Positions 1 through 9,761 of a stretch of 49,332 nt of DNA are shown one piece after another. Below the pieces are notes generated by a model. It did no database searches. It was not told the DNA's origin and worked only from the letters and a program-made list of their open reading frames with translations. Position numbers and translations under genes: made by a program. Source of the stretch: Desulfobacterales bacterium CG2_30_60_27 (GTDB lineage: Bacteria > Desulfobacterota > Desulfobulbia > Desulfobulbales > CG2-30-60-27); assembly GCA_001873115.1 (NCBI GenBank), contig MNYK01000025.1:1-49332 (forward strand), in the 5' to 3' direction. Each line of letters begins with the position of its first letter. Positions within the stretch are counted from its first letter, which is position 1.

Positions 1-98
1 CGGACGCCTCGGAGGCGGGCAGGACGCCCGCCCCCGCATGAGCGAAAAGTATTTGCAGGCCGGGAACGCTTGACTGCCGACACAAGCTGGATAGTTAC
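1..98 (+). mobile_element. Partial (3' half) copy of 195-bp MITE-like repeat, cut by window edge
   Basis: Closely matches 3' half of 14260-14454 and 38282-38476; ends in the terminal inverted repeat GCTGGATAGTTAC. Confidence 0.85.
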
Positions 99-254
99 AG
101 ATTTTGGTCAGCTCTTCCGCCTCCGCCTTCTCACTTAAAAAATGCCTTACCCCCTCTTCACCATTTCTTCATCTTGGTCTGTTATTAACCCCAAGAATCG
201 AATAAAATTTTTTACGGACTGTTGGCTATCCTTAATTGCCCATGAGGTTCTGTC

Positions 255-1406
255 TTGCGGAAAGACTTTCTGCCGTTTTCCAAGCCCTCGATCAGTGAAG
301 CGGAGATCGGCGCCGTGGCCGAGGTGCTGCGCTCCGGCTGGATCACCACCGGCCCGAAGTGCGCCGAGTTCGAGGAGGCCTTTGCCCGCTACTGCGGGGC
401 CCCAGGCGCGGTGGCCCTGACCTCGGCCACCGGCGGCATGCACCTTCTGTTCACCGCCCTGGGCATCGGCCCGGGCGACGAGGTGGTGACCCCGGCCATG
501 ACCTGGGTCTCTACCGTTAATCTGATCACCCTGGCCGGGGCCACCCCGGTGTTTTGTGACATCGACCGCGACACCCTGATGACCACGGCGGCGCTCATCG
601 CGCCCTGCCTTTCAGAACGTACCCGGCTCATCCTGCCGGTGCATTTCGCCGGGGCCGCGGCCGACATGGCGCCGATCCGGGCTCTGGCCGCCAGCCGCGG
701 CATCACCCTGGCCGAGGACGCGGCCCATGCGGCCGGCACCGAGTATGGGGGTGACCGGATCGGCAAAAAAGGCACCAGCATCTTCTCCTTTCACCCGATC
801 AAAAACATGACCACCGGCGAGGGCGGCATGTTCTGCTCCGATGATGCTGCCCTGCTCGACAAGGTCCGCTGCCTGAAGTTCCACGGCCTTGGGGTGGACG
901 CTTACGACCGCACCATGCAAGGCCGCTCGCCGCAGGCCGAGGTCATCATGCCGGGCTTCAAGTACAACCTCACCGACTTTGCCGCCGTACTTGGCCTGGG
1001 CCAACTGGCGCGCCTTAACGAGTTCATCGAGCAGCGCACCCGCCTGGCGGCGCATTATGCGGCACGGCTGGCCGAGGTGGCGGAGATCCTGCCCCTCACT
1101 GAACCGGCCTGGCCCATGCGCCACGCCTGGCACCTCTATATCGTTCGCCTGGATACGGCCAAGGCCGGCATGAGCCGCGACGAGTTCATGGCAGAGCTGA
1201 AGAAACGTAACATCGGCACCGGCCTGCACTTTCGCGCCGTGCACCAGCAGAAGTATTACCGCGACACCTTGGGCCTGCCCGCCGAGGCCCTGCCGGCCAC
1301 CACCTGGAACTCGGAGCGCATCTGCTCGCTGCCGCTCTTCCCGGCCATGAAGCTTGGCGATGTCGATGATGTGGTGGCCACCATCAAGGAGGTGCTTGGC
1401 CGATGA
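255..1406 (+). CDS. arnB: UDP-4-amino-4-deoxy-L-arabinose aminotransferase (DegT/DnrJ family, PLP)
   Basis: [30 protein letters not shown]; first gene of arn cluster; TTG start after GAGG. Confidence 0.95.
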   Translation: MRKDFLPFSKPSISEAEIGAVAEVLRSGWITTGPKCAEFEEAFARYCGAPGAVALTSATGGMHLLFTALGIGPGDEVVTPAMTWVSTVNLITLAGATPVFCDIDRDTLMTTAALIAPCLSERTRLILPVHFAGAAADMAPIRALAASRGITLAEDAAHAAGTEYGGDRIGKKGTSIFSFHPIKNMTTGEGGMFCSDDAALLDKVRCLKFHGLGVDAYDRTMQGRSPQAEVIMPGFKYNLTDFAAVLGLGQLARLNEFIEQRTRLAAHYAARLAEVAEILPLTEPAWPMRHAWHLYIVRLDTAKAGMSRDEFMAELKKRNIGTGLHFRAVHQQKYYRDTLGLPAEALPATTWNSERICSLPLFPAMKLGDVDDVVATIKEVLGR

Positions 1407-2407
1407 TCGCCCCTGCCCTGTCCATCGTCATTCCCGTGTTCAACGAGGCCGCCTGCCTGCCGGAGCTGATCCGCCGCTGCCTGGCCGCCGGCCGGCGGAC
1501 GGCGCGGCCCTTCGAGCTCATCCTGGTGGATGACGGCAGCTCGGACGGCACCACCCGGATGATCACCGCGGCCGCCGACCAGCACGCCCCGGAGCTGGTT
1601 GCGGTGATCCTCAACCGCAACTACGGCCAGCATGCCGCGGTCTTTGCCGGCCTGGCCCAGAGCCGCGGCGCCATGGTCGTTACCCTGGACGCCGACCTGC
1701 AGAACCCGCCCGAGGAGATCCCCGCCCTGGTGGCGGAGATGGATAAAGGCTTCGACGTGGTGGGCACGGTGCGCGGCAACCGCCAGGACAGCATGTTCCG
1801 CCGTTTCTCCTCGTCACTGATCAACAAGATGGTGCGCCAATCGACCGGGGTCATGATGCACGACTACGGCTGCATGCTGCGCGCCTACCGCCGGCCGATC
1901 GTTAACGCCATGCTGCTCTGCCGGGAGAACTCCACCTTCATCCCCATCCTGGCCAACAGCTTTGCCCGGACCACCACCGAGATTACCGTGGCCCACGCCC
2001 CGCGCCTCAAGGGCGAGTCCAAGTACGATCTCATCAAGCTCCTGAGCCTGCAGTTCGACCTGCTGACCAGCATGTCCACCTTTCCGCTGCGGCTGCTCTC
2101 CCTGGTCGGCACCCTGATCGCTTGCTGCGGCATGGGCTTTGGCGTTTTCTTGCTGATCATGCGCCTGGTCTATGGCGCGGTCTGGGCCGCCCAAGGGGTG
2201 TTCTCGCTCTTTGCCGTGCTCTTTGTCTTTGTCGGCGCCCAGTTTATCGGCCTGGGCCTGCTCGGCGAGTATATCGGCCGCATCTTTCGCGACGTGCGCG
2301 GCCGGCCCCGTTACTTTATCCAGGAGATCCGCGGCGGCCAACGCGCCCCTGACCCCATGCAACCGGGTTCCGCCCCGGCAACCTTCCAAAACGAGAGGAC
2401 ATCATGA
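1403..2407 (+). CDS. arnC: Undecaprenyl-phosphate 4-deoxy-4-formamido-L-arabinose transferase (GT2)
   Basis: [34 protein letters not shown]; two C-terminal TM helices; ATGA overlap. Confidence 0.93.
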   Translation: MIAPALSIVIPVFNEAACLPELIRRCLAAGRRTARPFELILVDDGSSDGTTRMITAAADQHAPELVAVILNRNYGQHAAVFAGLAQSRGAMVVTLDADLQNPPEEIPALVAEMDKGFDVVGTVRGNRQDSMFRRFSSSLINKMVRQSTGVMMHDYGCMLRAYRRPIVNAMLLCRENSTFIPILANSFARTTTEITVAHAPRLKGESKYDLIKLLSLQFDLLTSMSTFPLRLLSLVGTLIACCGMGFGVFLLIMRLVYGAVWAAQGVFSLFAVLFVFVGAQFIGLGLLGEYIGRIFRDVRGRPRYFIQEIRGGQRAPDPMQPGSAPATFQNERTS

Positions 2408-4389
2408 AAGCTATCGTACTTGCCTATCACAATATCGGCTGCGCCGGCATCCGGGCGTTGCTCGCCCAAGGCTTCGACATCCAGGCCGTCTTCACCCACC
2501 AGGACGACCCCGAGGAAAACATCTGGTTCGAGTCGGTGGCGGAACTGGCCGCGGCCCATGGCCTGCCGGTCTTCGCGCCCGAGGACATCAACCACCCCCT
2601 GTGGCTGGCCGAGATCAAGAAAATGCAGCCGGACATCATCTTCTCCTTCTATTACCGTAACCTGGTCGGGCCCGAGGTCTTAAGCATCCCGCCGGCCGGC
2701 GGCCTTAACCTGCACGGCTCGCTGTTGCCCCGCTACCGGGGCCGCTGCCCGGTGAACTGGGCCTTGGTGCATGGCGAGGCCGAGACCGGCGTCACCCTGC
2801 ATTACATGACCGCCCGGCCGGACGACGGCGACATCGTCGGCCAGCAGCGGGTGGCCATCGAGGAATCCGACACGGCGCTTACCCTGCACCACAAGCTGAC
2901 CGCCGCGGCCAGCCTGCTGCTTAACGAACTGCTGCCCGCCGTGGCCGCGGGCACGGCGCCACGCCTGGCCCAGGACCAGAGCCTGGCCAGCTACTTCGGC
3001 GGCCGGCGACCGGCCGATGGCGAGATCGACTGGGACCAGCCGGCCACGACGGTGCGCAATCTGGTGCGGGCGGTAACCCGCCCCTATCCAGGCGCCTTCA
3101 CCTACCTGGGCAATCGCAAGGCCTTTTTCTGGTCGGTGAGCCTGGTGGCGGAGAACGAGGGCAAGGCCCCGGGCCACGTGCTGTCCACCACGCCCCTGGT
3201 GATCGCCTGCGCCAGCGGCGCGGTGCGGGTGGAGGCCGGTCAGCTCGAAGCCGGGGTATTCGTCAACGGCGCGCAACTGGCCACGGAACTGAACCTGGTG
3301 GCCGGCATGCGCTTCGGCCTGCGGGCCTCGGCCGAGGTCGAGGAACGCCGCAAGAAGCATGTGCTCATCCTCGGGGTGGACGGTTTTATCGGCAACCACC
3401 TGAGCGAACGGCTGCTGGACAGCGGCCGCTACGAGGTGCACGGCATGGACCTCGGCGCCACCTCCATCGGCCGCCACCTGGGCCGGCCCGGCTTTCACTT
3501 CCGCGAGGGCGACATCTCCATCCAGCGCGAATGGATCGAGTACCATGTCCGCAAGTGCGACATCATCCTGCCCCTGGTGGCCATCGCCACCCCGGCCGAG
3601 TATGTGCGCCGGCCCTTGAAGGTCTTTGAACTGGACTTCGAGGAGAACCTGCGTATCGTCCGCTACTGCGCCAAGTACAAAAAACGCATCATCTTCCCCT
3701 CCACCTCCGAGGTCTACGGTATGTGCGCCGATCCGGAGTTTGACGAGGAAAACTCTACCTGCGTGCTGGGGCCGATCCGCAAGCAGCGCTGGATCTACTC
3801 ATGCAGCAAACAGCTCATGGACCGGGTGATCTGGGCCTACGGCGCCACCGAAGGGTTACCCTTCACCCTGATCCGGCCCTTCAACTGGGTGGGACCACGA
3901 CTGGACAGTCTGGCCTCGGCCCGGGTGGGCAGCTCGCGGGTGATCACCCAGCTCATTTTGAACCTGGTGGAGGGCACCCCCATCCGCCTGGTGGACGGCG
4001 GCAGCCAGAAGCGCTGCTTCACCGACGTGAAGGACGGCGTCGAATGCCTCTACCGCATCATCGAGAACAAGGACAACGCCTGCAACGGCAAGATCTTCAA
4101 TATCGGCAACCCGGACAACGAGGCCTCGATCGCCGAGCTCGCCGATATCCTGGTCGAGAAGTTCAACAAGCACCCGCTGCGCGACAAGTTCCCGCCCTTT
4201 GCCGGCATCCGCCCGGTGGAGGCGCGGGCCTTTTATGGCTCCGGCTACCAGGATGTCCTGCACCGGCGGCCGTCCATCCGCCAGGCCCGCACTATTCTGG
4301 GTTGGCAACCCACGGTGGGTATCGATCAGATGGTGGAGGAGACCCTGGATTACTTCCTGCGCCATGAGGTTGGCCAGGCCGAGCTGTGA
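2404..4389 (+). CDS. arnA: Bifunctional UDP-Ara4N formyltransferase / UDP-glucuronate dehydrogenase-decarboxylase
   Basis: [12 protein letters not shown] formyltransferase domain, [10 protein letters not shown]-binding, [16 protein letters not shown]; 661 aa. Confidence 0.97.
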   Translation: MKAIVLAYHNIGCAGIRALLAQGFDIQAVFTHQDDPEENIWFESVAELAAAHGLPVFAPEDINHPLWLAEIKKMQPDIIFSFYYRNLVGPEVLSIPPAGGLNLHGSLLPRYRGRCPVNWALVHGEAETGVTLHYMTARPDDGDIVGQQRVAIEESDTALTLHHKLTAAASLLLNELLPAVAAGTAPRLAQDQSLASYFGGRRPADGEIDWDQPATTVRNLVRAVTRPYPGAFTYLGNRKAFFWSVSLVAENEGKAPGHVLSTTPLVIACASGAVRVEAGQLEAGVFVNGAQLATELNLVAGMRFGLRASAEVEERRKKHVLILGVDGFIGNHLSERLLDSGRYEVHGMDLGATSIGRHLGRPGFHFREGDISIQREWIEYHVRKCDIILPLVAIATPAEYVRRPLKVFELDFEENLRIVRYCAKYKKRIIFPSTSEVYGMCADPEFDEENSTCVLGPIRKQRWIYSCSKQLMDRVIWAYGATEGLPFTLIRPFNWVGPRLDSLASARVGSSRVITQLILNLVEGTPIRLVDGGSQKRCFTDVKDGVECLYRIIENKDNACNGKIFNIGNPDNEASIAELADILVEKFNKHPLRDKFPPFAGIRPVEARAFYGSGYQDVLHRRPSIRQARTILGWQPTVGIDQMVEETLDYFLRHEVGQAEL

Positions 4390-5297
4390 GCATGGCGCCG
4401 CTCGTCGCCGGCCTGCGCATCGACGTGGACACCCTGCGCGGCACCCGCCTGGGGGTGCCTGCCCTGGTGCGCCTCCTCGACCAGGCCGGTATCCAGGCCA
4501 GCTTCTTTTTCTCGGTGGGGCCGGACAACATGGGCCGCCACCTTTGGCGGCTGCTGCGGCCGAGCTTTCTCATGAAGATGCTGCGCACCCGGGCGGCCAG
4601 CCTCTACGGCTGGGATATCCTTTGGAAAGGCACCCTGTGGCCGGGGCCTGGCATTGGCCAACACGCCGCCGAGCAGATCCGGCAGGCGGCGGCCGCCGGC
4701 CATGAAATCGGCCTGCATGCCTGGGACCACCATGGCTGGCAGACACGAATCGCCGGCCTGGACCAGGCCGCCGTGACGCGGGAACTGCGGCGCGGCTGGG
4801 AACGGCTGGCCGGGATCATCGGCCGCCTGCCGGACTCTGCCGCGGCCCCGGCCTGGCGCATCACCGACGCGGCCCTGGCCGCCCGCGAGGCCTTCCCCTG
4901 CCGCTACAACTCCGACTGCCGGGGCCGCTCCGCCTTTTACCCGGTGGTGAACGGCCGCCCCTTAAGCCAGTTGCAGATCCCCACCACCCTGCCCACCTAT
5001 GACGAACTGATCGGCGCCAGTGTTACGCCCGAGACCTACAACGACTATCTGCTCGGCCTCTTCCAACCGGGGCGACTGAACGTGCTGACCATCCACGCCG
5101 AGGTTGAGGGGTTGAGCTGCCAGGCGCTGTTCCGCGATTTTCTGGCCAAGGCCAAGGGGCGCGGCATCGGCTTTGCGCCGCTAGGCGATCTGGCGGCGGC
5201 TGTCAAGAATGCCCCGGTGGCCGGCATAGGCCGCGGCGCCGTGGCCGGCCGGGAGGGCTGGCTCGCCTGCCAGCAGGAGAATACCGACTTGCCATGA
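4386..5297 (+). CDS. arnD: Undecaprenyl-P-Ara4FN deformylase
   Basis: [37 protein letters not shown]; operon position. Confidence 0.93.
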   Translation: MSMAPLVAGLRIDVDTLRGTRLGVPALVRLLDQAGIQASFFFSVGPDNMGRHLWRLLRPSFLMKMLRTRAASLYGWDILWKGTLWPGPGIGQHAAEQIRQAAAAGHEIGLHAWDHHGWQTRIAGLDQAAVTRELRRGWERLAGIIGRLPDSAAAPAWRITDAALAAREAFPCRYNSDCRGRSAFYPVVNGRPLSQLQIPTTLPTYDELIGASVTPETYNDYLLGLFQPGRLNVLTIHAEVEGLSCQALFRDFLAKAKGRGIGFAPLGDLAAAVKNAPVAGIGRGAVAGREGWLACQQENTDLP

Positions 5298-6970
5298 CCA
5301 CCCAAAGAACCCTGCCTCTGCTGACCCTGGCCCTCTTTGTCCTCATCTACCTGGTGCCACTCGGCGCCCGGCCGCTGTTCGTGCCCGACGAGGCCCGCTA
5401 CGGCGAGATCGCCCGGGAGATGATCGCCGACCACGACTGGGTGGTGCCCCATCTGAACGGCCTGCGCTATTTTGAAAAGCCGGTCCTGGGCTACTGGCTG
5501 CATGCCGGCTCGATTATGCTCTTCGGGGAGAACACCTTTGCCATCCGCCTGCCGTCGGCCGCGGCCGTTGGCCTCTCCGCCCTCATGATCTTTCTGCTGG
5601 TGCGCCGCATCTTCCGGACAAACGAACCGGAGAAAGGCTGGCAGGCCGCGATGGCCGCCCTTGCCTTTCTCGTCTGTTTCGAGGTCTTCGGGGTGGGCAC
5701 CTTCAGCGTGCTCGACAGCATGCTCGCCCTCTTCCTCACCGCCACCATGACCGCCTTTTTCCTGGCCACCGCGGCCCGGCCCGGTTCACGCCGGGAAAGG
5801 CTTATGCTCCTGCTGGCCGGCCTCTCCTGCGGCCTGGCCTTTCTCACCAAGGGCTTTCTCGCCCTGGCCGTACCAGTGCTGGCCATCGTCCCCTACCTGA
5901 TCTGGCAGCGGCGCCTTGCCGACCTGCCACGCCTGGCCTGGCTGCCTCTGGCCACGGCCATAGCGGTGGCCCTGCCGTGGAGCATCCTCATCCATCTTCG
6001 CGAGCCGGATTTCTGGCATTTCTTCTTCTGGAATGAACATGTGCGCCGCTTTCTCTCGCCCAGCGCCCAACACCAGGAATCCTTCTGGTTCTACTTCCTG
6101 GCCGCACCGGCCATGTTCCTGCCGTGGACCTTCCTGATCCCGGCCGCGGCCAGTGGGGTAAAAAACAACCTGAAGAATCATGCCGCAAGCGCCGATCTCC
6201 TCCGTTACTGCCTGTGCTGGGCCATCTTCCCCTTTCTCTTCTTTTCCGCCTCCAGCGGTAAACTGCTGACCTATATCCTGCCCTGCTTCCCGCCCTTTGC
6301 CATCCTTATGGCCCTGGGGCTGGCCCATACCCTGAACCAGGGCCGCGCCCGCGCCTTCCGCCATGGCGCAGGCCTGATGGGCCTTGTCTCTGGCCTGCTG
6401 CTAGCCACCCTCATCTTTCTGCAATTTTTCGGCTACCACCACCTGCTGCCTTACAGCCGCACCTGGAAATGGCTGATGCTGGCCAACGGCCTGGCGGTGA
6501 TGCTGCTCTGCTGCCTGCTGGCGCTCCGCAGTCGGGAACCCGCCTGGAAAATGGTGGGCCTGGCCCTGGCCCCGGCTCTGCTCTTCCTAAGCCTGCCAGC
6601 CATCATGCCGGACCCGCTGCTGGTAGCCAAGGCCCCGGCCGCTCTGCTGCAGCGCCATAACCAGGACCTCGGGCCGGATACCCTCCTCATCGTCGACGAG
6701 GAGATCATGCCGGCCGTGAACTGGACCTTTGCGCAGAATAACGCCTATCTCCTGGAAAACCCCGGCGAGGTGGGCTATGGCCTGGGGTATGCCGACGCCA
6801 AGGGTAGGTTGTTGGACCTGGCCGGCGCCCGCCACCTGATCGAGCAGAACCCGGGCCGCGTCGTCCTCGTGGCCCGGGGCCGCAACTACCGGCGCTGGGC
6901 CCCAAGCCTGCCGGCCCCGGTGCTGGCGGATAACAACGGCCCAGCGGGCTACGTGTTTGTAAAATATTAG
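5294..6970 (+). CDS. arnT: Lipid A 4-amino-4-deoxy-L-arabinose transferase (GT83)
   Basis: PDEARYGEIAREM, YFEKP, AFLTKG, KLLTYILP; polytopic membrane protein. Confidence 0.93.
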   Translation: MTTQRTLPLLTLALFVLIYLVPLGARPLFVPDEARYGEIAREMIADHDWVVPHLNGLRYFEKPVLGYWLHAGSIMLFGENTFAIRLPSAAAVGLSALMIFLLVRRIFRTNEPEKGWQAAMAALAFLVCFEVFGVGTFSVLDSMLALFLTATMTAFFLATAARPGSRRERLMLLLAGLSCGLAFLTKGFLALAVPVLAIVPYLIWQRRLADLPRLAWLPLATAIAVALPWSILIHLREPDFWHFFFWNEHVRRFLSPSAQHQESFWFYFLAAPAMFLPWTFLIPAAASGVKNNLKNHAASADLLRYCLCWAIFPFLFFSASSGKLLTYILPCFPPFAILMALGLAHTLNQGRARAFRHGAGLMGLVSGLLLATLIFLQFFGYHHLLPYSRTWKWLMLANGLAVMLLCCLLALRSREPAWKMVGLALAPALLFLSLPAIMPDPLLVAKAPAALLQRHNQDLGPDTLLIVDEEIMPAVNWTFAQNNAYLLENPGEVGYGLGYADAKGRLLDLAGARHLIEQNPGRVVLVARGRNYRRWAPSLPAPVLADNNGPAGYVFVKY

Positions 6971-7023
6971 GATTTCTGGTTAACTATGCAGGCGGATAGC
7001 CTGTAGTGTTGGAGACGCTTCGG

Positions 7024-7055
7024 ATAGGTCCTATGAGTCCTATAAGTCTTATGAG
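7024..7055. repeat. Short 9-bp tandem repeat (GTCCTATGA / GTCCTATAA / GTCTTATGA)
   Basis: Three degenerate 9-mers at 7028-7054 in the arnT-flippase spacer. Confidence 0.6.
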
Positions 7056-7073
7056 CTGCGGAGTACAAAAAAC

Positions 7074-7445
7074 ATGACTCGCTACCTCCCCCTGATCCTC
7101 GCCGGCGTGCTGCTCAATGCCCTGGCCCAGATCACCCTGAAGATGGGCATGCGCGGCATCGGCCACTTCAACTTCCGCCTGGAAAATTTAGGCTCCGTTG
7201 GACTGGCCGTGGCCACCAGTCCATTTATCCTGGCCGGCCTGGTCTGCTATGTGGTCAGCGTGGTGATCTGGCTCTTGGTGCTCTCCCGGGTGGAGGTGAG
7301 CTACGCCTACCCGCTGCTCTCGGTGGGCTACATCGTCACCGCCCTGGCTGGCTACCTCTGGCTGCACGAGGCCATGGGCCCCATGCGCTGGACCGGCATC
7401 GTGGTCATCTGCCTGGGGGTCTGGCTGATTACCAGGACCGGGTGA
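7074..7445 (+). CDS. SMR/EamA-family undecaprenyl-P-Ara4N flippase subunit (ArnE/ArnF-like)
   Basis: 4 TM helices, LSRVEVSYAYPLLSVGY motif; follows arnT. Confidence 0.85.
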   Translation: MTRYLPLILAGVLLNALAQITLKMGMRGIGHFNFRLENLGSVGLAVATSPFILAGLVCYVVSVVIWLLVLSRVEVSYAYPLLSVGYIVTALAGYLWLHEAMGPMRWTGIVVICLGVWLITRTG

Positions 7446-8128
7446 AGGCCATGCATATCCTGGTGGTGGATGACGAATCGGCCCTGCGCGACCAACTCCG
7501 ACAGACCCTTGGCCGGCAACAGTACCGGGTCGATACCGCGGCCAACGGCGAAGAGGCGCTGGACAAGCTCTGCAACGACACCTATGACCTGGTCCTGCTG
7601 GACATCATGATGCCCGGGCTGGACGGCATGGCGGTGCTCCGGGAAATGCGGCGGGTCGGGCTCCACACCCCGGTCCTCATGCTCACCGCCCGGGGCGATA
7701 CCGACGACCGGGTGCAAGGCCTGGACCAGGGCGCCGACGACTACCTGGCCAAGCCCTTTTCCATGGCGGAACTCCTGGCCCGCATCCGTTCCCTGCTCCG
7801 CCGCCAGGGGGGCCGCGACCCGGTCATGACCGTTGGCCACCTGACCCTGGACACGGTGAGCCGCACGGTGACCAGCCAGGGCCACCCGGTGCCCCTGACC
7901 AGCAAGGAATTCGCCATCCTCGAATTTCTCTTCTATAACCAGGGCCGGGCCGTGTCCCGCTTCAACCTGGCCGAGCACGTCTGGGGCGATGATTTTGACC
8001 CCTTCACCATGTCCAACTTCATCGACGTCCACATGAAAAACCTGCGCAAAAAGACCGCCGATGCGGCCGGTGCCTCCATTGTCCGCACCATTCGCGGCGT
8101 AGGCTATATCATCGACGGCAACCTATGA
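7442..8128 (+). CDS. OmpR-family response regulator
   Basis: ILVVDD, LLDIMMPG, MLTA, GADDYLAKPF, winged-helix RTIRGVGY; start may be ATG 7451. Confidence 0.95.
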   Translation: MKAMHILVVDDESALRDQLRQTLGRQQYRVDTAANGEEALDKLCNDTYDLVLLDIMMPGLDGMAVLREMRRVGLHTPVLMLTARGDTDDRVQGLDQGADDYLAKPFSMAELLARIRSLLRRQGGRDPVMTVGHLTLDTVSRTVTSQGHPVPLTSKEFAILEFLFYNQGRAVSRFNLAEHVWGDDFDPFTMSNFIDVHMKNLRKKTADAAGASIVRTIRGVGYIIDGNL

Positions 8129-9516
8129 AAATTCGCCAGAAAATCACCCTGTGGATCGCCGCCACGGTGCTGACCGCCGCCCTCTCCTTCTCCACCTTTG
8201 TTTTCCTGGAACTCGTAAAGGAACCGTACAAACTTATCGACGCGGAGCTGGAACACATGGCCGCGGCTCTCACCGCGACGGGCCAGGGCCTGCTGCAAAA
8301 CGGGCCGACCCTGGCCCCCGGCGCCCTGCCCTATCCGCCGGACCGGTACTGGATCAAGATCACCGGCCTGGACGGCCGGCTGCTCTTTGCCTCGGCCATG
8401 ACCAGTCAGGTGGATCTTGCCCCCGGCGACGCCCAGCAAACCGCCTACAACATCGAAAAGACCATCCCCCGGCATCTCATCCAGTTGGGCCAGGACGAGG
8501 ACGACGTGGTGGCTTTCCGGGTGCGGAACACGCCGGGGAGGCTTGGCGACCTGCCCTGCACGGTGCGGATCGCCAAGCCCATCGAGGATCTGGAAGAGGA
8601 ACTGGACGAACTGCTGCGCGAGGTCGGGGCCGGACTCGCCACCTGCACCCTGCTGGTCATCCTGGCCAGTTATCTGCTGGCCGGCGGCATCCTGCGACCG
8701 GTGGCCACCATCAGCCAGTTGGCCCGGCACATCAACGAAGAGACGCTGGACCAACGGATCCCGGCCGGGGAGAGCCCGGATGAACTGAATGAACTGATCC
8801 ACACCTTGAACCGGATGTTTGACCGGCTGCACCATTCCTTTAACCGTCAGAAAGGTTTCCTGGCCGACGCCTCCCATGAACTGAAAAGCCCCATCGCCCT
8901 GCTGATGCTGCGCCAGGAGGAGATGCTGCGGATGCCGGAATTGCCCGAGGCCCTGCGCGACGACTTGGAGCGGCAGCTTAACAGCCTGCGCCGCATGGGA
9001 CAACTGGTCAAGAACCTGCTGGATCTCTCCCAGCTCGAACAGCGGGGCATTGCGGCGCTGCAGCCCGTGGACCTGGGCGCCCTGGTGGCGGAGGTGGTGG
9101 CCGAATACCGGGAAATGCTGGCCGCGCTGGACATCAGCGTGCACAGCGAGCTGCCGGAAGGGCTCGTGGTGCCAGGCGACCCGGAAAAGCTGCGCCGCCT
9201 GATGATCAATCTGGTTGACAACGGCATCCGCTACAATGCCCCGGCCCATGGCCGCCTGACCCTCAAGGGCTGGAGCGCGGATTATCTGGCCCATCTGCAG
9301 CTTGCCAACACCGGGCCGGGGATTCCGGCCGCCGACCTCGGCCGGGTTTTTGAACAGTTCTACCGGGTGGAAAAATCCCGTTCCCTGGACCATGGCGGCT
9401 CGGGCCTCGGGCTGACCATTGCCAGAAAAATCGTTGAGTTGCACGGCGGCCAAATTGTGCTGACCAGCGTGCCGAGCGGTTGGACCACGGTAACCGTGAG
9501 CCTGCCCCAGGCCTGA
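8125..9516 (+). CDS. Sensor histidine kinase (HAMP, HisKA, HATPase_c)
   Basis: Two TM segments, H-box ADASHELKSP, N-box NLVDNGIRY, G-box GSGLGLTI. Confidence 0.95.
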   Translation: MKIRQKITLWIAATVLTAALSFSTFVFLELVKEPYKLIDAELEHMAAALTATGQGLLQNGPTLAPGALPYPPDRYWIKITGLDGRLLFASAMTSQVDLAPGDAQQTAYNIEKTIPRHLIQLGQDEDDVVAFRVRNTPGRLGDLPCTVRIAKPIEDLEEELDELLREVGAGLATCTLLVILASYLLAGGILRPVATISQLARHINEETLDQRIPAGESPDELNELIHTLNRMFDRLHHSFNRQKGFLADASHELKSPIALLMLRQEEMLRMPELPEALRDDLERQLNSLRRMGQLVKNLLDLSQLEQRGIAALQPVDLGALVAEVVAEYREMLAALDISVHSELPEGLVVPGDPEKLRRLMINLVDNGIRYNAPAHGRLTLKGWSADYLAHLQLANTGPGIPAADLGRVFEQFYRVEKSRSLDHGGSGLGLTIARKIVELHGGQIVLTSVPSGWTTVTVSLPQA

Positions 9517-9573
9517 GGGTTATGGAAAAAAATTTATACCAATAAAAAAATTGAACGCTTTTTCATGGATGCG

Positions 9574-9602
9574 ACCCCGCCTGGCTAAGGGCGGGTATTT
9601 TT
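9574..9602 (+). terminator. Intrinsic terminator
   Basis: CCCGCC...GGCGGG stem followed by T tract. Confidence 0.6.
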
Positions 9603-9761
9603 GGGCAAGATTTAGACTTTAGTCACAATCTCAAATAGTTACCCTCAAAAAAAATCATTAATTTCACCTTCCCGGCAAAAAAATAATTTTGCCGTTGCCC
9701 CCGGCCTTTCGCCTGTTATTTCTTTAAAGAAAATCAATAGCAATTTAAGTGGTTAGTTGAA

